A stretch of DNA of 64,000 nt from Tubiluchus corallicola (Eukaryota; Animalia; Priapulida), in assembly GCA_030141605.1 (NCBI GenBank), contig JAQGDQ010000002.1:620001-684000 (forward strand), read 5' to 3'. The notes under the pieces are model-generated. The model searched no databases. It saw only the letters and a program-made list of their open reading frames with translations, and was not told where the DNA came from. This document shows, piece after piece, positions 32,501 to 43,707 of this stretch. The translations under genes were made by a program, and so were the position numbers. Position 1 is the first letter of the stretch; every line of letters begins with the position of its first letter.

Positions 32501-34804
32501 GAATTGGCTGAAAAATCGAACCGGTCTCGACCCCTCGTTTGTGCCTTGTTGACAAACTGTAGAAATAAACATTAGAATGTTAAAAAAGCATTTACAAATT
32601 AGCATTGACCCAAATTCAAGCTAGAGTAAGTGGCACTTGAATTATTAAATTTTTATTACTCAGAATAAGAAACGAATAGAAAAATTGGGAGTAAACTAAA
32701 AAGAAAGTGAGAAAAAAAGCAGAATTCTATGGCAAAACAGAAAAAGGGTATTATTCGTTTTGTTCCTTTGGGACGGTTAAGTTTGTTTGTTGAGATTTAT
32801 TCCTAAATATCCATTCACGTGCCACGATTTATCTCTGCCCTTATCACGAACTGCAAACACACGGCACAAGGTTAATATCAAGTTATTTACATTATATGTT
32901 ATCTTGAACATCAAACAGGATCTGTCTGAAACCATTTCCAATAAATCGGATTAAAGGCTGTGGTGTACTTTACAGCAGCTCAATATTACTCAGCATGCAG
33001 TCAGATTTAAACGAGAAGACGAAGTTCTGTAAAACATGTTGGGTAGCATAAAATGACTGCTTTTTTCATTTATTAAAAAAATATTAAACTACTCTGAATA
33101 TTATAACTGATGATCATTCAAAGAAAGAAAGAAAGTCAGTAAAATTAAAGCACAATAAGTAAAGACTAAAACACTGCATCATAAGAGATTGTCATTAAAG
33201 ATGAGTGCATAAAAAAGAGGACAAAACTACTCATTAATTTTATGGTTTGTATAAAATGTGATTATAACAAGACAACTAAATAGGGAAATAATAGACTTCA
33301 CAATCTATTTTGGTCAGTAAATTAATAGAGACAAACCTGACAGTTAACCCACTTATGTATTTTTATTCTGTCTTTCCCCAACCACATAAAAGTGTGAATG
33401 AAGCCAAGTGTTTCCAATCATACTTGGCAGCCTTGGCATTCCAGTCAATTTAGGGGAATTGAAATGAAAACCAGTTATTTTATTTTGATTTAATCAAAGC
33501 TTCTAATATTACAAGTAAAAGACAGATGCGTTTCAAAACACTGGAGTTGTTTTACGTGTGCCGTATCCCTATAAAGAAAACTACTATAGGATGATTACCT
33601 ACAATACTATATTATATTTTACTATAAACTAACATAGCTCTTAAAGATAGTTGACCAAAAAATTTTCTGGAAGTCACTTAGTTTTGTTAAACAGGTCCAG
33701 TGTTGCTTCATTTCACAGTCAATACCACACAGTCACAGTAATTACAGCATTTTTTTAAATCAAAATTTACTGATCTTTTTTTTCAAGTCTAAGTTTGAAA
33801 TCACTGAGTGTTGTTTCTTCAATGCGTCAGTTATTTCTATCCTAAACTTTTTCTCAAAAATGCTACAAAGCACAAAGTGCTTGTTTTCTCAAACTCCCGG
33901 AAATGTGTTGGCTAATTTCCAAAAATTTTGTTTCAAAATTTCTTTGCCACTCCGTAAACATGTTTAAAAGACTTTTATAGGCTCAGTGGTGCAAGAGAGT
34001 TTAAATCAGTAGTTTTATTTGTTTGTTGGTGGTTACAAAATTAGATTTTATCTGTAAGTTTGGTGGAAATACCTCGCTATTGATTGTGAGCCGTATCCTG
34101 GTTATCAGTTTTTTTCCACCCAGTGGGATATATTTTTTAGCTTTCATTCTGTGAACTCTATTTTAATGACTGCCATAATTCTTCAACATCTGTGCACATG
34201 CAATAAATAATTTGTAGAGAAATTGTAAGCACACCAAAACAACAGTTTTTTTCTTGGGACTTTTGCATTACTATACACTTTTTGTCTGCACTAACTGCTC
34301 AAAACGTAAAATATACAAATTCAAGCTCAGAGTAAAAACTACATTGCTCTTTACAAGACAGATATATATATGTAAACTCAACACCAGGATGCCATGAAAC
34401 CCACTGCGGGATTAATCCTCTTAAAGAAATCTCTAACCTATAAATGTATAAGAGCTGCCCATTCTGATTTGAAGGCTCTATCTCTCTTTCCATGTAGTGA
34501 GATACTTGAAAATGCTAAATCTGCTGTCCTACCATCTTAGCTATTAATCCTTATATACGCATTTTCTGTTTTCTCACCTGCCATAATCGACCCATGTACG
34601 GTGTGTGTGTTTTGGGCGAATATCGTCGAAGATACATTTATCCAAATTTTCATCAGATGCTTCAACTGTTCGTCTACTTGTATCTGTAGCCTTCATAGTC
34701 AGCTTGGTAGCTGAGTTGCCATTCCTAAATTCATGGCCACTGATCTCTGTGCTGACGGTCAGACTGACCAATAAGATGACGAAAGCATGGATGTCAGTGA
34801 TCAT
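17313..34804 (-). CDS. CIROP: Leishmanolysin-like (peptidase M8) membrane metallopeptidase, CIROP/LMLN2-like, ~756 aa; complement(join 34578..34804, 32390..32556, 29282..29427, 29002..29151, 28404..28526, 27744..27822, 26219..26370, 25415..25589, 24697..24766, 24470..24566, 24160..24261, 22349..22471, 21830..21935, 21086..21197, 17939..18106, 17313..17586)
   Basis: The 16 exons sum to 2271 nt in one open frame. Features: signal peptide MITDIHAFVILLVSLTVS, RHKR furin site, PVRGPLVLSR, IPESHL, DTDFILY, AYAVYC..DQYGRPIAGFVNFCP, HELFHALGFS (HExxH), SSHW..MM..SIM (third zinc ligand and Met-turn), ITLAAFEDSGWYRVNYS, LGCHYTHLDRGIC and a C-terminal TM helix. CIROP versus LMLN is judged from remembered motif similarity. 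Confidence 0.88.
17939..18106 (-). CDS. CIROP-like exon 15 (second half of SEA-like module)
   Basis: ttctag|G ATA GTG AAA ... ATT GG|gtgag. Confidence 0.8.
18385..18775 (+). promoter_or_regulatory. Putative promoter and 5' UTR exon of the nested GPCR
   Basis: TATAAA (18385), AP-1 TGAGTCA (18597), donor-like CAG|GTAAGC (~18670), perfect CRE TGACGTCA (18768); the stretch is locally CpG-richer. Confidence 0.35.
19558..20811 (+). CDS. Intronless rhodopsin-class GPCR, FMRFamide/myosuppressin/sex-peptide-receptor (Srw)-like, 417 aa, nested in a peptidase intron
   Basis: Seven hydrophobic helices; GFTGNVLSI (TM1), YLRAMSLVD (TM2), TDRYVSVCH (TM3), IPL (TM5), ILCTTP (TM6), LNYATKFYAY (TM7), SFRK helix 8; N-terminal N-glycosylation sites. 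Confidence 0.93.
   Translation: MTTLEQLKVDQTDSYNSSLLNNETSNNDNEPTIFLTSAAWGIYHVCYPLVLVIGFTGNVLSIVTLFTSIKKLNVAFYVYLRAMSLVDFMIINMNIIHLCLHSAVSYEKRTKHVLNYTYFHVVVTNTLIATSNLIMMIMTTDRYVSVCHRFKAAWLHTHRFAKTATAIAIMGACLLQVPDVISGSDAEFQDNGYNSTYWDDRYYANITGKWWYKTIWPWVQTVATRVIPLCCIILFQPIIVHTFCENMRKWNKMKHLIAMHQHLNTRINEERNITFLLGAISVIFILCTTPISCLEIMSYLQAEDVLMHMTRYQIFKYITKVLELLNYATKFYAYLASNISFRKAFSCVITTPLSTLNSLRMTENKFVNHSTQSEITVNTVATQVSERHLPVTNWMHHCYNNVDSNHQAVIAIITTRL
21086..21197 (-). CDS. CIROP-like exon 14 (first half of SEA-like module)
   Basis: ttgcag|AC TTG CCA ... GAA AG|gtgtga; phase 1 in and phase 2 out bridge exons 13 and 15. Confidence 0.75.
21830..21935 (-). CDS. CIROP-like exon 13
   Basis: Encodes VQEHAGVILCPQAELLC, matching the GxxxCPxxxxxC end of the M8 domain. 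Confidence 0.88.
22349..22471 (-). CDS. CIROP-like exon 12
   Basis: Encodes GHCYMHRCL..VKIGWRWYPCP; tttcag| ... |gtacgt. Confidence 0.9.
24160..24261 (-). CDS. CIROP-like exon 11
   Basis: Encodes NACTNG..EVYGEISRCFMSNVT; tttttag| ... |gttagt. Confidence 0.88.
24470..24566 (-). CDS. CIROP-like exon 10
   Basis: Encodes KSLGCHYTHLDRGICDTDLFLSPCHVYK; |gtgagt donor. Confidence 0.9.
24697..24766 (-). CDS. CIROP-like exon 9
   Basis: Encodes GKGCEFGLVNQCTAKNSSYFCTR; ccag| ... |gtacgt. Confidence 0.88.
25415..25589 (-). CDS. CIROP-like exon 8 (SHW, Met-turn, DSGWY)
   Basis: Encodes DGEYSSHWDPRMMYSSIMAPEL..ITLAAFEDSGWYRVNYSMADSYTWGA. Confidence 0.93.
25680..25790. repeat. CT-rich low-complexity tract
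   Basis: Direct reading of the sequence. Confidence 0.8.
26219..26370 (-). CDS. CIROP-like exon 7 (ends at a probable GC donor)
   Basis: Encodes LVTPQVMSEAQQHFQC..FGGTLDTK; AAG|gcaaaa. Confidence 0.82.
26950..27725. mobile_element. Possible Tc1/mariner-derived MITE with eroded TIRs
   Basis: Left end tatattgggtggcacagaaaaaatgtaccgaagt versus reverse complement of right end atataatgtggcgtaaaaagtgtgtggaagt; TA flanks. Confidence 0.35.
27744..27822 (-). CDS. CIROP-like exon 6 (HExxH zinc-binding site)
   Basis: Encodes TAIHELFHALGFSKDLF; ttttag| ... G|gtaaat. Confidence 0.93.
28404..28526 (-). CDS. CIROP-like exon 5
   Basis: Encodes HIIAYAVYCRMDQYGRPIAGFVNFCPDHL; tttcag| ... |gtaaac. Confidence 0.92.
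29002..29151 (-). CDS. CIROP-like exon 4
   Basis: Encodes IPESHLEAL..GSGVADTDFILYIYSSTTNTC; AG/GT borders. Confidence 0.9.
29282..29427 (-). CDS. CIROP-like exon 3
   Basis: ttccag|TT GTA CCG GTA CGA GGC CCT ... TTT AGA|gtaag; encodes VPVRGPLVLSRETSCRSVF..RC..YRGEKC. Confidence 0.88.
29950..31600 (+). mobile_element. Highly decayed Ty3/Gypsy pol relic (RT-RNaseH-integrase) in intron 2 of the peptidase
   Basis: Collinear degenerate motifs: SSFLVPENK..KLRCGIYP (cf. SxMVVVxK..KLRICIDP), HDHLE (cf. HDxxL), DHNVL (cf. DHKPL), GRHLGIET..VVWQTM (cf. GHLGIEK..YWPxM) and DNGHQ (cf. DNGPQ); many stops and frameshifts. Confidence 0.5.
32390..32556 (-). CDS. CIROP-like exon 2 (furin site RHKR, FQPIRI)
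   Basis: tctacag|T TTG TCA ... TCA G|gtaaac. Confidence 0.88.
34578..34804 (-). CDS. CIROP-like exon 1 (start codon, signal peptide)
   Basis: ATG at 34804 with an in-frame TGA upstream; acceptor tgtgttttgcag at 34857; donor GGC AG|gtgag. Confidence 0.8.
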
Positions 34805-37490
34805 ACTACTCCATCTGAAGTAGTATAGATACACACTTCAAATGTTTCTTTCAAATCTGCAAAACACAGTCAATTATTGAGCAAAGTCTTTACAAGAATG
34901 AAAATCAGTGACAAGACAAATATATAATAAACAGTGACCCAATAACAAATAAATAAAACGAATACAAAAACAAACAAATGGAATCACAGACAAATGAATG
35001 AAAGAATAGTCTCTTTAAATAAACCAAAAAAATAAAAAGATTCGTGAAATTAAAAGAATAAATAATCGACAGCAAATAAATAAAATGAACGTATAAATAC
35101 GGAAATTAATAAATCAAATAATAAATTTGCATATGAATGACACATGAATGACAAAATGAGCAAACAAACAAATAAATAAATAATTAAATTAATTAATAAA
35201 CAAATGAACTAAAAAAATCTGTAAATAATAAATGGGTGAATGAAAAGTACTGTTTACAAAATCCAGCAAATTTGTAACTCAAACAAAACATATAGAATTA
35301 CAGAAAAACATGAGTTTTAACCCATTATTAATTAAAAGAAAAGTTAGGCTTCAGCCTTTAATCTGTAACAAGTAGATAGGTTTACTGCTTTATATAGTGC
35401 AATTTCAATTACAATTTCCTTTAAACATCGTAAATATTTTTAATGAGCATTTCTTAGAGTACCGCTATGTAATGCTAGCACAGCTACAGCGTTCAGGGTT
35501 TACACGCAGAAATAAAGACTTGAACTTGTATGCAGAGATGGTTTCATGTTTATTCATTAATATTTTAAGAAACAGTAATTTCTTTCTTAAAAACCACAAA
35601 TTTCGTCATGTGCAAGCAGTAAAATACAGGCAGCTTAGTGAAAAGGATTCTTTGAAACGTATACGTTTGCTGACGCTGACAGTTAGTTGACGTTTTTTAC
35701 AGCGTTAAAAATAATGGTAAGGCAGTGCTTCTGTGACAGTAAGCTTTTATTTTGCGTAACAAATAAATAACGAAACGAATACATTTGTTGCTCCATACTT
35801 TTGTTATTTTGACCTGAAATGATATCAACTGTTTGTCTGAAGATCATATTTGCTTTTATTGAAATCACCATGCTTCAACTGGTTATCGAAAAATTTAACT
35901 TAGAAAATGTGTAACTCTTTCATTTGATCTTGAAATGACAACCTTTTCTCTCAAAGCCATTATTTTGTTTTCACTGATTTTGCCACATTTGATTACATAG
36001 GAATTGAACTTCAAATTAATCTTGAACTGACCTTAAAAATTTATTTCAGTGTCATAATATTAAATGAATTGAATTTGCCATGCTTTTTATTATCTATGAA
36101 TTGCACTTCATTTCAATGAAATCGGAACTGGTCACTTCCTGACCAGCGACCCGTCGTGGGTTGTCAATATGAATGCCACCTTGAGACTTTACATCATAAA
36201 GGAGTTTACTACTTTCTTTAAAAAAACACAAAGGTTCTTCTCAACACATGACACATGACATGTGAACAGAAATAAAATAATAAATTGAATTTGAATTAAA
36301 AATAATAAATAAAAATGAGTCCTGATACAGGTTTCGCTTGGTGTATACATGAGACGTTACTAATCACTACTGAGTAATGGTCAGTAACAATCACTGACCA
36401 GCAAGTTGCAACCACATTGGAATGAAGTTCTTAGGGTTTGCCTTGGCCATATCTGCTCCTAACAGCCAATAAAAGTAAACAACAATGCGTAATGCAGCAC
36501 TTGCACGTTGCAATTAACCACTAGAGTCCCTGTATGTACATCTGCTAACTGTCCAAAATAGTTTACTCACTGTCTCAATGATTTGTGTATTTACGATTTG
36601 GAGTATTCGCCAGGGGCCTTGATACATCAGCTTTGTTTTGAAATACAGATTATGTGCAGCTTCTACCATAGGTGTTTAATAGAACTATACATGCAAGAGG
36701 CAAGTATAATAAACACATTAACATTAAACATTATATATTCATAAACACTAAGCAAATGGCGTAAAAATTTAGTAAGAGGAAGCTGCATGTGCCTGGAAGC
36801 TAGTCCACTGGTCAAGCAATGCACACATAGGCACACGCGCCTGCAAAGTTAACATTCCAAAATAGTCAACAATATTTAGAAATGCCGTCTGAAATTTGAA
36901 TACCACGATAACTATCTCAGTTATGGCGATTTTCAAAATGGATGATCGTTGACTGCACAGAATGTAAGGCAGGTCTGTAATGAACACCGAAGTTCTTGTT
37001 GGGCAAAAGTAATTCTACAGCTTTGAAATTTATATTTACCACAACTTTGCGCCCAGGAGCTCTTTCGTTAATACAAAACCTCGTTGGCACTGAAATTATA
37101 GTAATGGACTTAGACTAGTGACCCTACTTTGCGCTCTCGCTGGTGAAAGCTGCTAATGATGTATAATTATTACAGTATACAGGCATAAACGTGATAACTT
37201 ACGGGCTTTACACCTAAAGGCAGGCGTGTTTGCGCAGAAACGGATTGAAAACGTCCGAGATCTATAAATGATACCTACAGATAATTTTTTAGCAAATGGG
37301 AACAAGCAAACATATCACGTAGCAAAGCAAACTAGGAAAAATCAACCTTATGTCACTAATAATCGGGGTTAAAGCTTCACCACTAATGCATAGACAACAC
37401 ACAGCAAGACAAGCAAAACAAACCGGCGGCTAAACATTCTACAGTTGGACGGATTAGTTTCGCTAAACCATCTCCATCCCATTTAAATGG

Positions 37491-37691
37491 TTTCCGTCTG
37501 CCTAGTCAAGAAAATAACAAAATCCTATTTGCCTTAGAGAATAAACATTTTCAGCAACAAGTGAATATACTTCCCAGTTAAAAATCGCCATTTCGTCTTC
37601 CTAGTCAAGGAAATAAGAAAATCCTATTTGCCTTAGCGAATAAACATTTTCAGCAACAACTGAATATACTTCTGAATTAAAAATCGCCATT
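37491..37691. repeat. Tandem duplication, 2 x 100 bp (~90% identical), followed by (ATC)n
   Basis: cctagtcaag..aatcctatttgccttag..aataaacattttcagcaacaa..aaaaatcgccat occurs twice at 100-bp spacing. Confidence 0.92.
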
Positions 37692-38633
37692 AATATCATC
37701 ATCATCATCATCATCATCATCACACATACAATTCGACACACTGCAACCCGGACTCCGTCACTTGATAGCAGAGACTATTCAAATATGATGTTTGTGGCGA
37801 GATCGATATTATCAAGATTAGCTCTCAGTTTTTTTAAAATGTACAGATATAAATATGGCCGCCCCTCAACCAGGTAAACAGTCAGAATCAGTATGACGAA
37901 TGAAACCACGGAGAACGAGTCCCTAATCCCTGAAGTACTAATCCAGAGCGACTGAACCCATCTAACCTCAGTGTTGCTTATACACACTGTCACCACTCTG
38001 CTTTTTACCTCCCACATACAATAATTTAGATAAATGACGCAAAAAACACTTGCTTGGTACCTATGTTTTTAGTAACAACAGTTACACAACTGGAATTGCA
38101 AGTGTCCCATAGAAAACAACGTGACTATAAAAATCAAACAACCTGCGAATGTTACTCACAATTTATAGGCTGTCCAAATTCACGCATTTAATCGATACCA
38201 ATCTTATAAAACGAAAAAGTATCGCATTTGCAAAACTCTTTCGTGAATAATGTTGAAAGTGACCTTCAATAGCAGCGTTAAGGACAACAAATAAGAGACT
38301 AATAATAACTGAAGCCGTGTATGTTTCAGAAACGCAATTAAGAATATTGGCGGAGTCTTCTATTAAAACAATTATTTTTAATTATTACAGGCATTGCATA
38401 ACTTATGTAAATCTTGTTCATTAACATTGTGGTCAAGAAATTGGGAACAATGATATAGGTGTGGTGATGATGAAGACGACAATAGCAATAATGAAAAACG
38501 ACAATGATAGCAACAACGGAAACGATAATTACAGCTAGTATGATCATTAAATCAATCCACAGGGACTGTAGTTGTCCTGCTGATGATACAGTGATCACAT
38601 AATTGTAGCAACGATGACGATGATGATGATGAT

Positions 38634-39272
38634 TTCCAACTTATTTCCAACTTTTTTTGAAAATCCAGTCAAGATAAACGTAAAAAAATACAATACCAGA
38701 CATAATGAATATATACCAAGACGTTGTAGAACAAATATAGCGAAACACTTCATCAGCTATATGGGGCCAGTCCTATGGAACAGACTAAGCCGCAATTCGA
38801 AATGTAGTCACTCCCTTTTAACTTTTAAAAAAACCGTCAGAAAAGAAATATTTCAAAAGTATTAAGAGTAACACAATTTGATAATGGTAATAACCTGCAT
38901 TTTTTCCTACAGTAATCTTAATATAACGTGACTATGTTTAACAGGATACTGAACACTTTGTAACAATGATCACAGTTTTTCTTAGTTCTCGCTCCATTTC
39001 ATCTTTCATTCACTACTCCCCCCCCCATTTTTTTAAGATTTCCACATACAGTTTGGCCTGTCAAGCTATGCTTTTAGGCTCAAACTGTATGCATCAAAAA
39101 ATTATTCTGTAATGAAATTTGCACATGTATATCCCGCATTCTGTAAATTCTTGATAATACTGCATTTATTCATATTCATATTTATATTTACTCAAATGGA
39201 AAATTATCTGTATTTTAATGCTAAGATGCAATGTGGAAAATGAATAAACTCTTGAACTCTTGAACTCTTGAA
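38634..39272 (+). mobile_element. 5'-truncated L2/Crack-type LINE 3' end inserted in an (ATG)n repeat
   Basis: ORF2 C-terminus YNTR..P..RTN..FISYMGPVLWNRL..K.SHSLLTFKK; 3' UTR stem-loop cagtttggcct..aggctcaaactg; AATAAA followed by a (CTCTTGAA)3 tail; ATGATGAT on both flanks. Confidence 0.8.
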
Positions 39273-39547
39273 ATGATGATAACAATGATTATAATAAGGA
39301 CAGTTATAGCAAATAAGCAATAATAAAGGTGACAAAAATTAATAATAACGCTAATAACAAAGCTATGGGAATAACAATTAATACGATGATGATTAGTTAC
39401 TCAGTGGTGATGGGGTTAAAGACAATAATGGCAACTATGGTGACAGCGAAGATGACAATGAATCAATCGTTCGATTCATGACGATGATGGCTGATGACGA
39501 TTCGCGAGTGGGGTTAAGGATAAACACAAACAACAGAATTACCGTTG

Positions 39548-39662
39548 TACGGTTTAGTCTAGTGATAGCGCATTCCGTCTGCGAGGTCGTGAGTTCGACA
39601 CCGTGATCGGGTCATACCAAAAACTTTAAGAATGGCATCTCCTGGCGCCTAGTATGTAAGGT
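39548..39662 (+). mobile_element. tRNA-derived SINE fragment with a conserved central-domain-like segment (Meta/RUDI-type from memory)
   Basis: A-box-like ggtttagtctagtgatagcg, B-box-like gtgagttcgacacc, then cgggtcataccaaaaactttaagaatggca. Confidence 0.6.
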
Positions 39663-39764
39663 AAAGGGGGTTATAGTAGTCTCTGTTATGTAGTTGTAGT
39701 TTGTTATTAACAGTTGGCGATAGTAACTCTTTGAGCTAATGTTATTGTTCATCGAAAAGCCGAC

Positions 39765-39765
<1 letters not shown>

Positions 39766-39817
<52 letters not shown>

Positions 39818-39870
39818 CATCATCATCATTATTATTATTATTATTATCATTATTATTATTATTATTATTA
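39766..39870. repeat. (TTA)n microsatellite with TCA interruptions
   Basis: Direct reading of the sequence. Confidence 0.97.
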
Positions 39871-41008
39871 CAGGTCTCACGCAGGCTTCTTTCAAAACAC
39901 AGTTGTAAATTAAGTGCCCCTGAAACTAGTATCGGTATTACTTCTTGAAACCGTGTCTACTTTTGAAAATGAGAATGGGGTCACTGGCTTACTGATATTG
40001 ATATGCGGCCGCGGTAACTTTTTTAACTTGGGTGGTCGAGAGGATAACAGTAGAACATTACACCGCGGGATATATAAAACAACCTTATATATCTGTATCT
40101 TGGTTCTGCTCAGCGCTTAAATTCTGCATCCATGCCGTCTGAAAATATTACGACATCCATCGCTCATGGAATTTATGAAAACGACTTCCAGCAAGCTACT
40201 AGTCTACTACACGACGTTTACAAGGTCCGTGAATTCTAAGAATTTTTGGCACACTCCACAGTATATCATCAGCAAGGTGGCGCAGGCAGTCAAATTTAAT
40301 GGAATGCATGTGGGGGCGTAATAAAAAATTATTAATGAGATTATTTGTCAGAAAGCGGTGAAGCATGTAGCTGCGTTTTGCAAGCATGTAATTACGTGTA
40401 AAATTAGTACAAAAAATATAAAACAAGCTGTTTTTTATTGTCTCACGACAATAAAACAGACGGTCTAACGACTGTAGAAGGGTGTAAATTACAATGGAGA
40501 ATCCAAAATTCAATGGAATTACAATAAGTTACTAATTGCTAAATCAGTTGTACGTAGGTACAAAACCCCACAAGAGGAATGTTCTACGTTTTTTATTAAA
40601 CCAGCATTTCAGCTGATCTCCAGTAATCACTACTAGGAAATGCCAAAGCAAAGGAACCATAGCACAAATACGAACAACCATAGAACAGAAACGGCAATTA
40701 TAATAAAAAACCAAAAGCTATAGACAAAAACCCGATCATAAATAATTGACAATGGAAGCAATGTACGTACATAACAGGATATTTTATAGCTCAGAATCTT
40801 CATAACTTTATTAGATAGGTACAAAATTTTCGCTCTGTTAATCAAAGAGAATCTAGTTAACATTTTAACTAACTAAAACATTTTTTAACAGCACGGGAAA
40901 TTCTCTGTAACTTTATAAGAATTATTTCTTGTAAGCACGCCTGTTTAATCGATAATGACGCTATTAAATAAATCTACTACACTGACAAAAGCGCAGACCA
41001 AATCTTAC

Positions 41009-41122
41009 CTGAAAAGTGAACAGGTTCTTACACAACTTGGGAGGACTATGAACTTCACAATCAACAAGCATAGCACCTCACGAATGAACGAAGGAAGCCG
41101 CCACCCTAGCTTCTTAAACTGA
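41009..41122 (-). promoter_or_regulatory. Candidate non-coding first exon and TSS of the CIROP-like gene
   Basis: Strong donor CAG|GTAAGA at 41008 and Inr-like TCAGTT at 41122-41117. Coding exon 1 has an acceptor upstream of its ATG, which implies an upstream UTR exon. Confidence 0.25.
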
Positions 41123-43626
41123 AGAAAGTAGCGTGCAATAAGCTCAACTTTGCAAGGTTATTTGCAGCTTGCAGCTACTAAACGCAGTTCACGGCAAAAT
41201 TGCCAAAGAGAAGGCAGTACAGAGTTAACTATTGACGAAGCCACACATAGTACGGTTCTGTACGTGATATCAACATCCAATAATTGATATCGCACAGGCC
41301 ACCAGGAATTATGATACTTATGCATTTTTGCGCGATTTTATAAAATTAGCTAGCAAATAACATGTTGTAGCTTGTATGTCAGACTAAACATGATCAGCTT
41401 ATTAATTTTGATGCTACATTAGTACTGTACCTAGAAAAGTGAAAAAGCCAGCTGATAACAAGTAGTTTATTGGGCGCTAATACATTATCAAGTTCTATTG
41501 TGTAAGCTACTGGCTGCCTATTTAACATTGACTCTTACATTATAAATGTTATAAGTACGGAATACGAAACGGATGTCGATTAGAGATTTGTCAAGATTTA
41601 GAATACGCTACTTTAGCGAAATTAGCGTAAAACAAATCACAAATGAAAGAAAATTCAACATAATTACAGATTACTATAAATGATTTAAATTATGGATTTT
41701 AGGTGATTCGCACTTAAATGTATATTTCGCAACAGATTTGCCGCAAGTAGGTATAAACATTGGTTACCTTGACATTCTCATAGCAGACCAAAGCCCAAAG
41801 AGCACGTGGTGATCGCGCATTGTTTGCTAACAGCAAAGATGGATCGATCAGTTCACAGAAAATATGAATTTGAATTTCAATTAGTGATCTGGATTTTAAC
41901 ACAGGCTTTTAACATAGAAGCTACAATAGCTTAAGCACCTCTGAGCCTCTATTCCATGTGTATACCCTGAAAGGTTCACGATCTTAGCCTTCTTTTTCCG
42001 AATTACATGAATTAAGTGGATGCCTAAGAAAACTTGATGTCTAATATAAATACAGCAATAACAAAAAATCATTGTATGTGTTTTCTTAGATCCATAATGC
42101 TTGCAGATAACAACTGCACCAAGTTCCTGTTTTTTTTCAATTTCTCTGCAAACACCCTGTTTTGGAACTTTTGCGGATCTAAGAGAACACATGTATTGTT
42201 ATTTTTCGAACCATGGAACTTCGCTTTACAAGACTGATGCCACTGTGTTTCCTGTGTTTCTGTGATTATGACAGTCCTAAGTTCATCTGTCATAGCTACT
42301 CAATCATTTCAGCATTTCCAATATTAGATCACAGACAACAGAGTGATTTTAGCTAACTAGAAGATTTATATTAGATTAATTTTGAGCCTGAATTTCAATC
42401 ACAGTCATTTCGAGACATGTCAACTGCATGCAACAGTGGTTATTAATAACCTAGAAGTACAAACGAGTCTAGCAGTAATTTAGCAGATTTTACAGGAAAT
42501 GTGAATTGCAGCTCAGAATCTTAGAGTTACACTGTGTTGTCACTTAGCAGACTACACAACCTCATATCACAGAAAATTTAAACTTATGTGATTCGGTTTG
42601 AAATTTCAAAGTATATGTATTTGAGTAGTATTGCAGAAGGAAGTTTATTTAAGAAATCCCTTAATTAACATGTTACAGTGTTGCAAAGTTTGCTGTTTAT
42701 CTGATCTAAGACAAGTTATCCAAAACAATGCCATAAGTCTAGTCTGACAAAGTTATTATAATGTTATTCTACAATTTAAATAATGCTTCTCATAGATCAA
42801 ATGCAATGTTCATATTTCTTGTTTTTTGGTAAGTGTCAAAAAACCGTTGACCCACTCAAGTACATGTGTCATTCTACCTACATCACCATATGCAGTAAAC
42901 ACACGCTAGTATGATGACCCGTATGCAGTTTTGCATATGTTACATTACATCAGCACCTTCTTGCATTCTACACTACACATGTGCTGCTAACACAACTGCA
43001 TGGCACATGATTGTGCTCACACATGATACGAACATTGTGAAGTTATAAATGTGAATTTGCATGCACAATGCTGCGCAAGCAACTTGTGCAAGGAACTTGT
43101 AGTTGCACAACTCTGTCCTGCACAAACAAATTGTTCATTGTCAAGCATCTTACATACAGTTAAAGCAGCACTGAAGGCAAAATATGTAGGTGTCAAAATG
43201 TAGTTTATAGACATTACTGATAACCATATCATTTTTAAAAAAATGAAGAAAAGTTTTGTACAAGCATAGATAAGTTATATTAGTTTTCGCAAGATGTCAT
43301 TGGCTTCTCTAGCGATAACAATGCATATGGTAAAACGCAAATAAAATGCCAATGTATCAGAATTTTTCTCGCTGAATTTACAAACTTCATCACACTTGGC
43401 ATCACAGACGGCCAAAAATAATCTTGGAATGCATCAAGTAAGAAGGAAATTAATTTACTTATTAAATGGTAGCCTATGGAAATTACGAAACCTGTATAAA
43501 TGTTTCATTAGGTTGTATGAAGAAATAGGGTACCTAGTGCTGGTGAATGAAATCTATGAGATCTACGAGTAAGCTGCTAGTTCAATCTGGCTAAATTTCG
43601 TGAAAACTATATTTGGTGTAGGCTAG

Positions 43627-43707
43627 AGGCCGATTTTACAATTCTAATGATTGTTTTCACAATAGTCATTCAGGCCCATTTTACAATGCCAATGATTGTT
43701 TTCACAA
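43627..43707. repeat. Tandem duplication, ~45-bp period
   Basis: aggcc.attttacaat..aatgattgttttcacaa occurs twice. Confidence 0.8.

Noticed and set aside
35900-36170. Helentron/HINE-like end (tgaccttga-type motifs and two small hairpins)
   Set aside because: The motifs are too short and no matching second terminus could be identified by eye.
37491-37691. CRISPR-like reading of direct repeats (also 60717-60758)
   Set aside because: Only two copies, no unique-spacer array, no cas genes, and the context is eukaryotic.
39548-39610. Functional tRNA gene
   Set aside because: A and B boxes are present, but there is no closed acceptor or anticodon stem and it runs into SINE-like sequence.
39739-39948. 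Poly-Leu ORF (also the poly-Met ORF at 50144 and the SL-repeat ORF at 54731)
   Set aside because: Microsatellite read-through.
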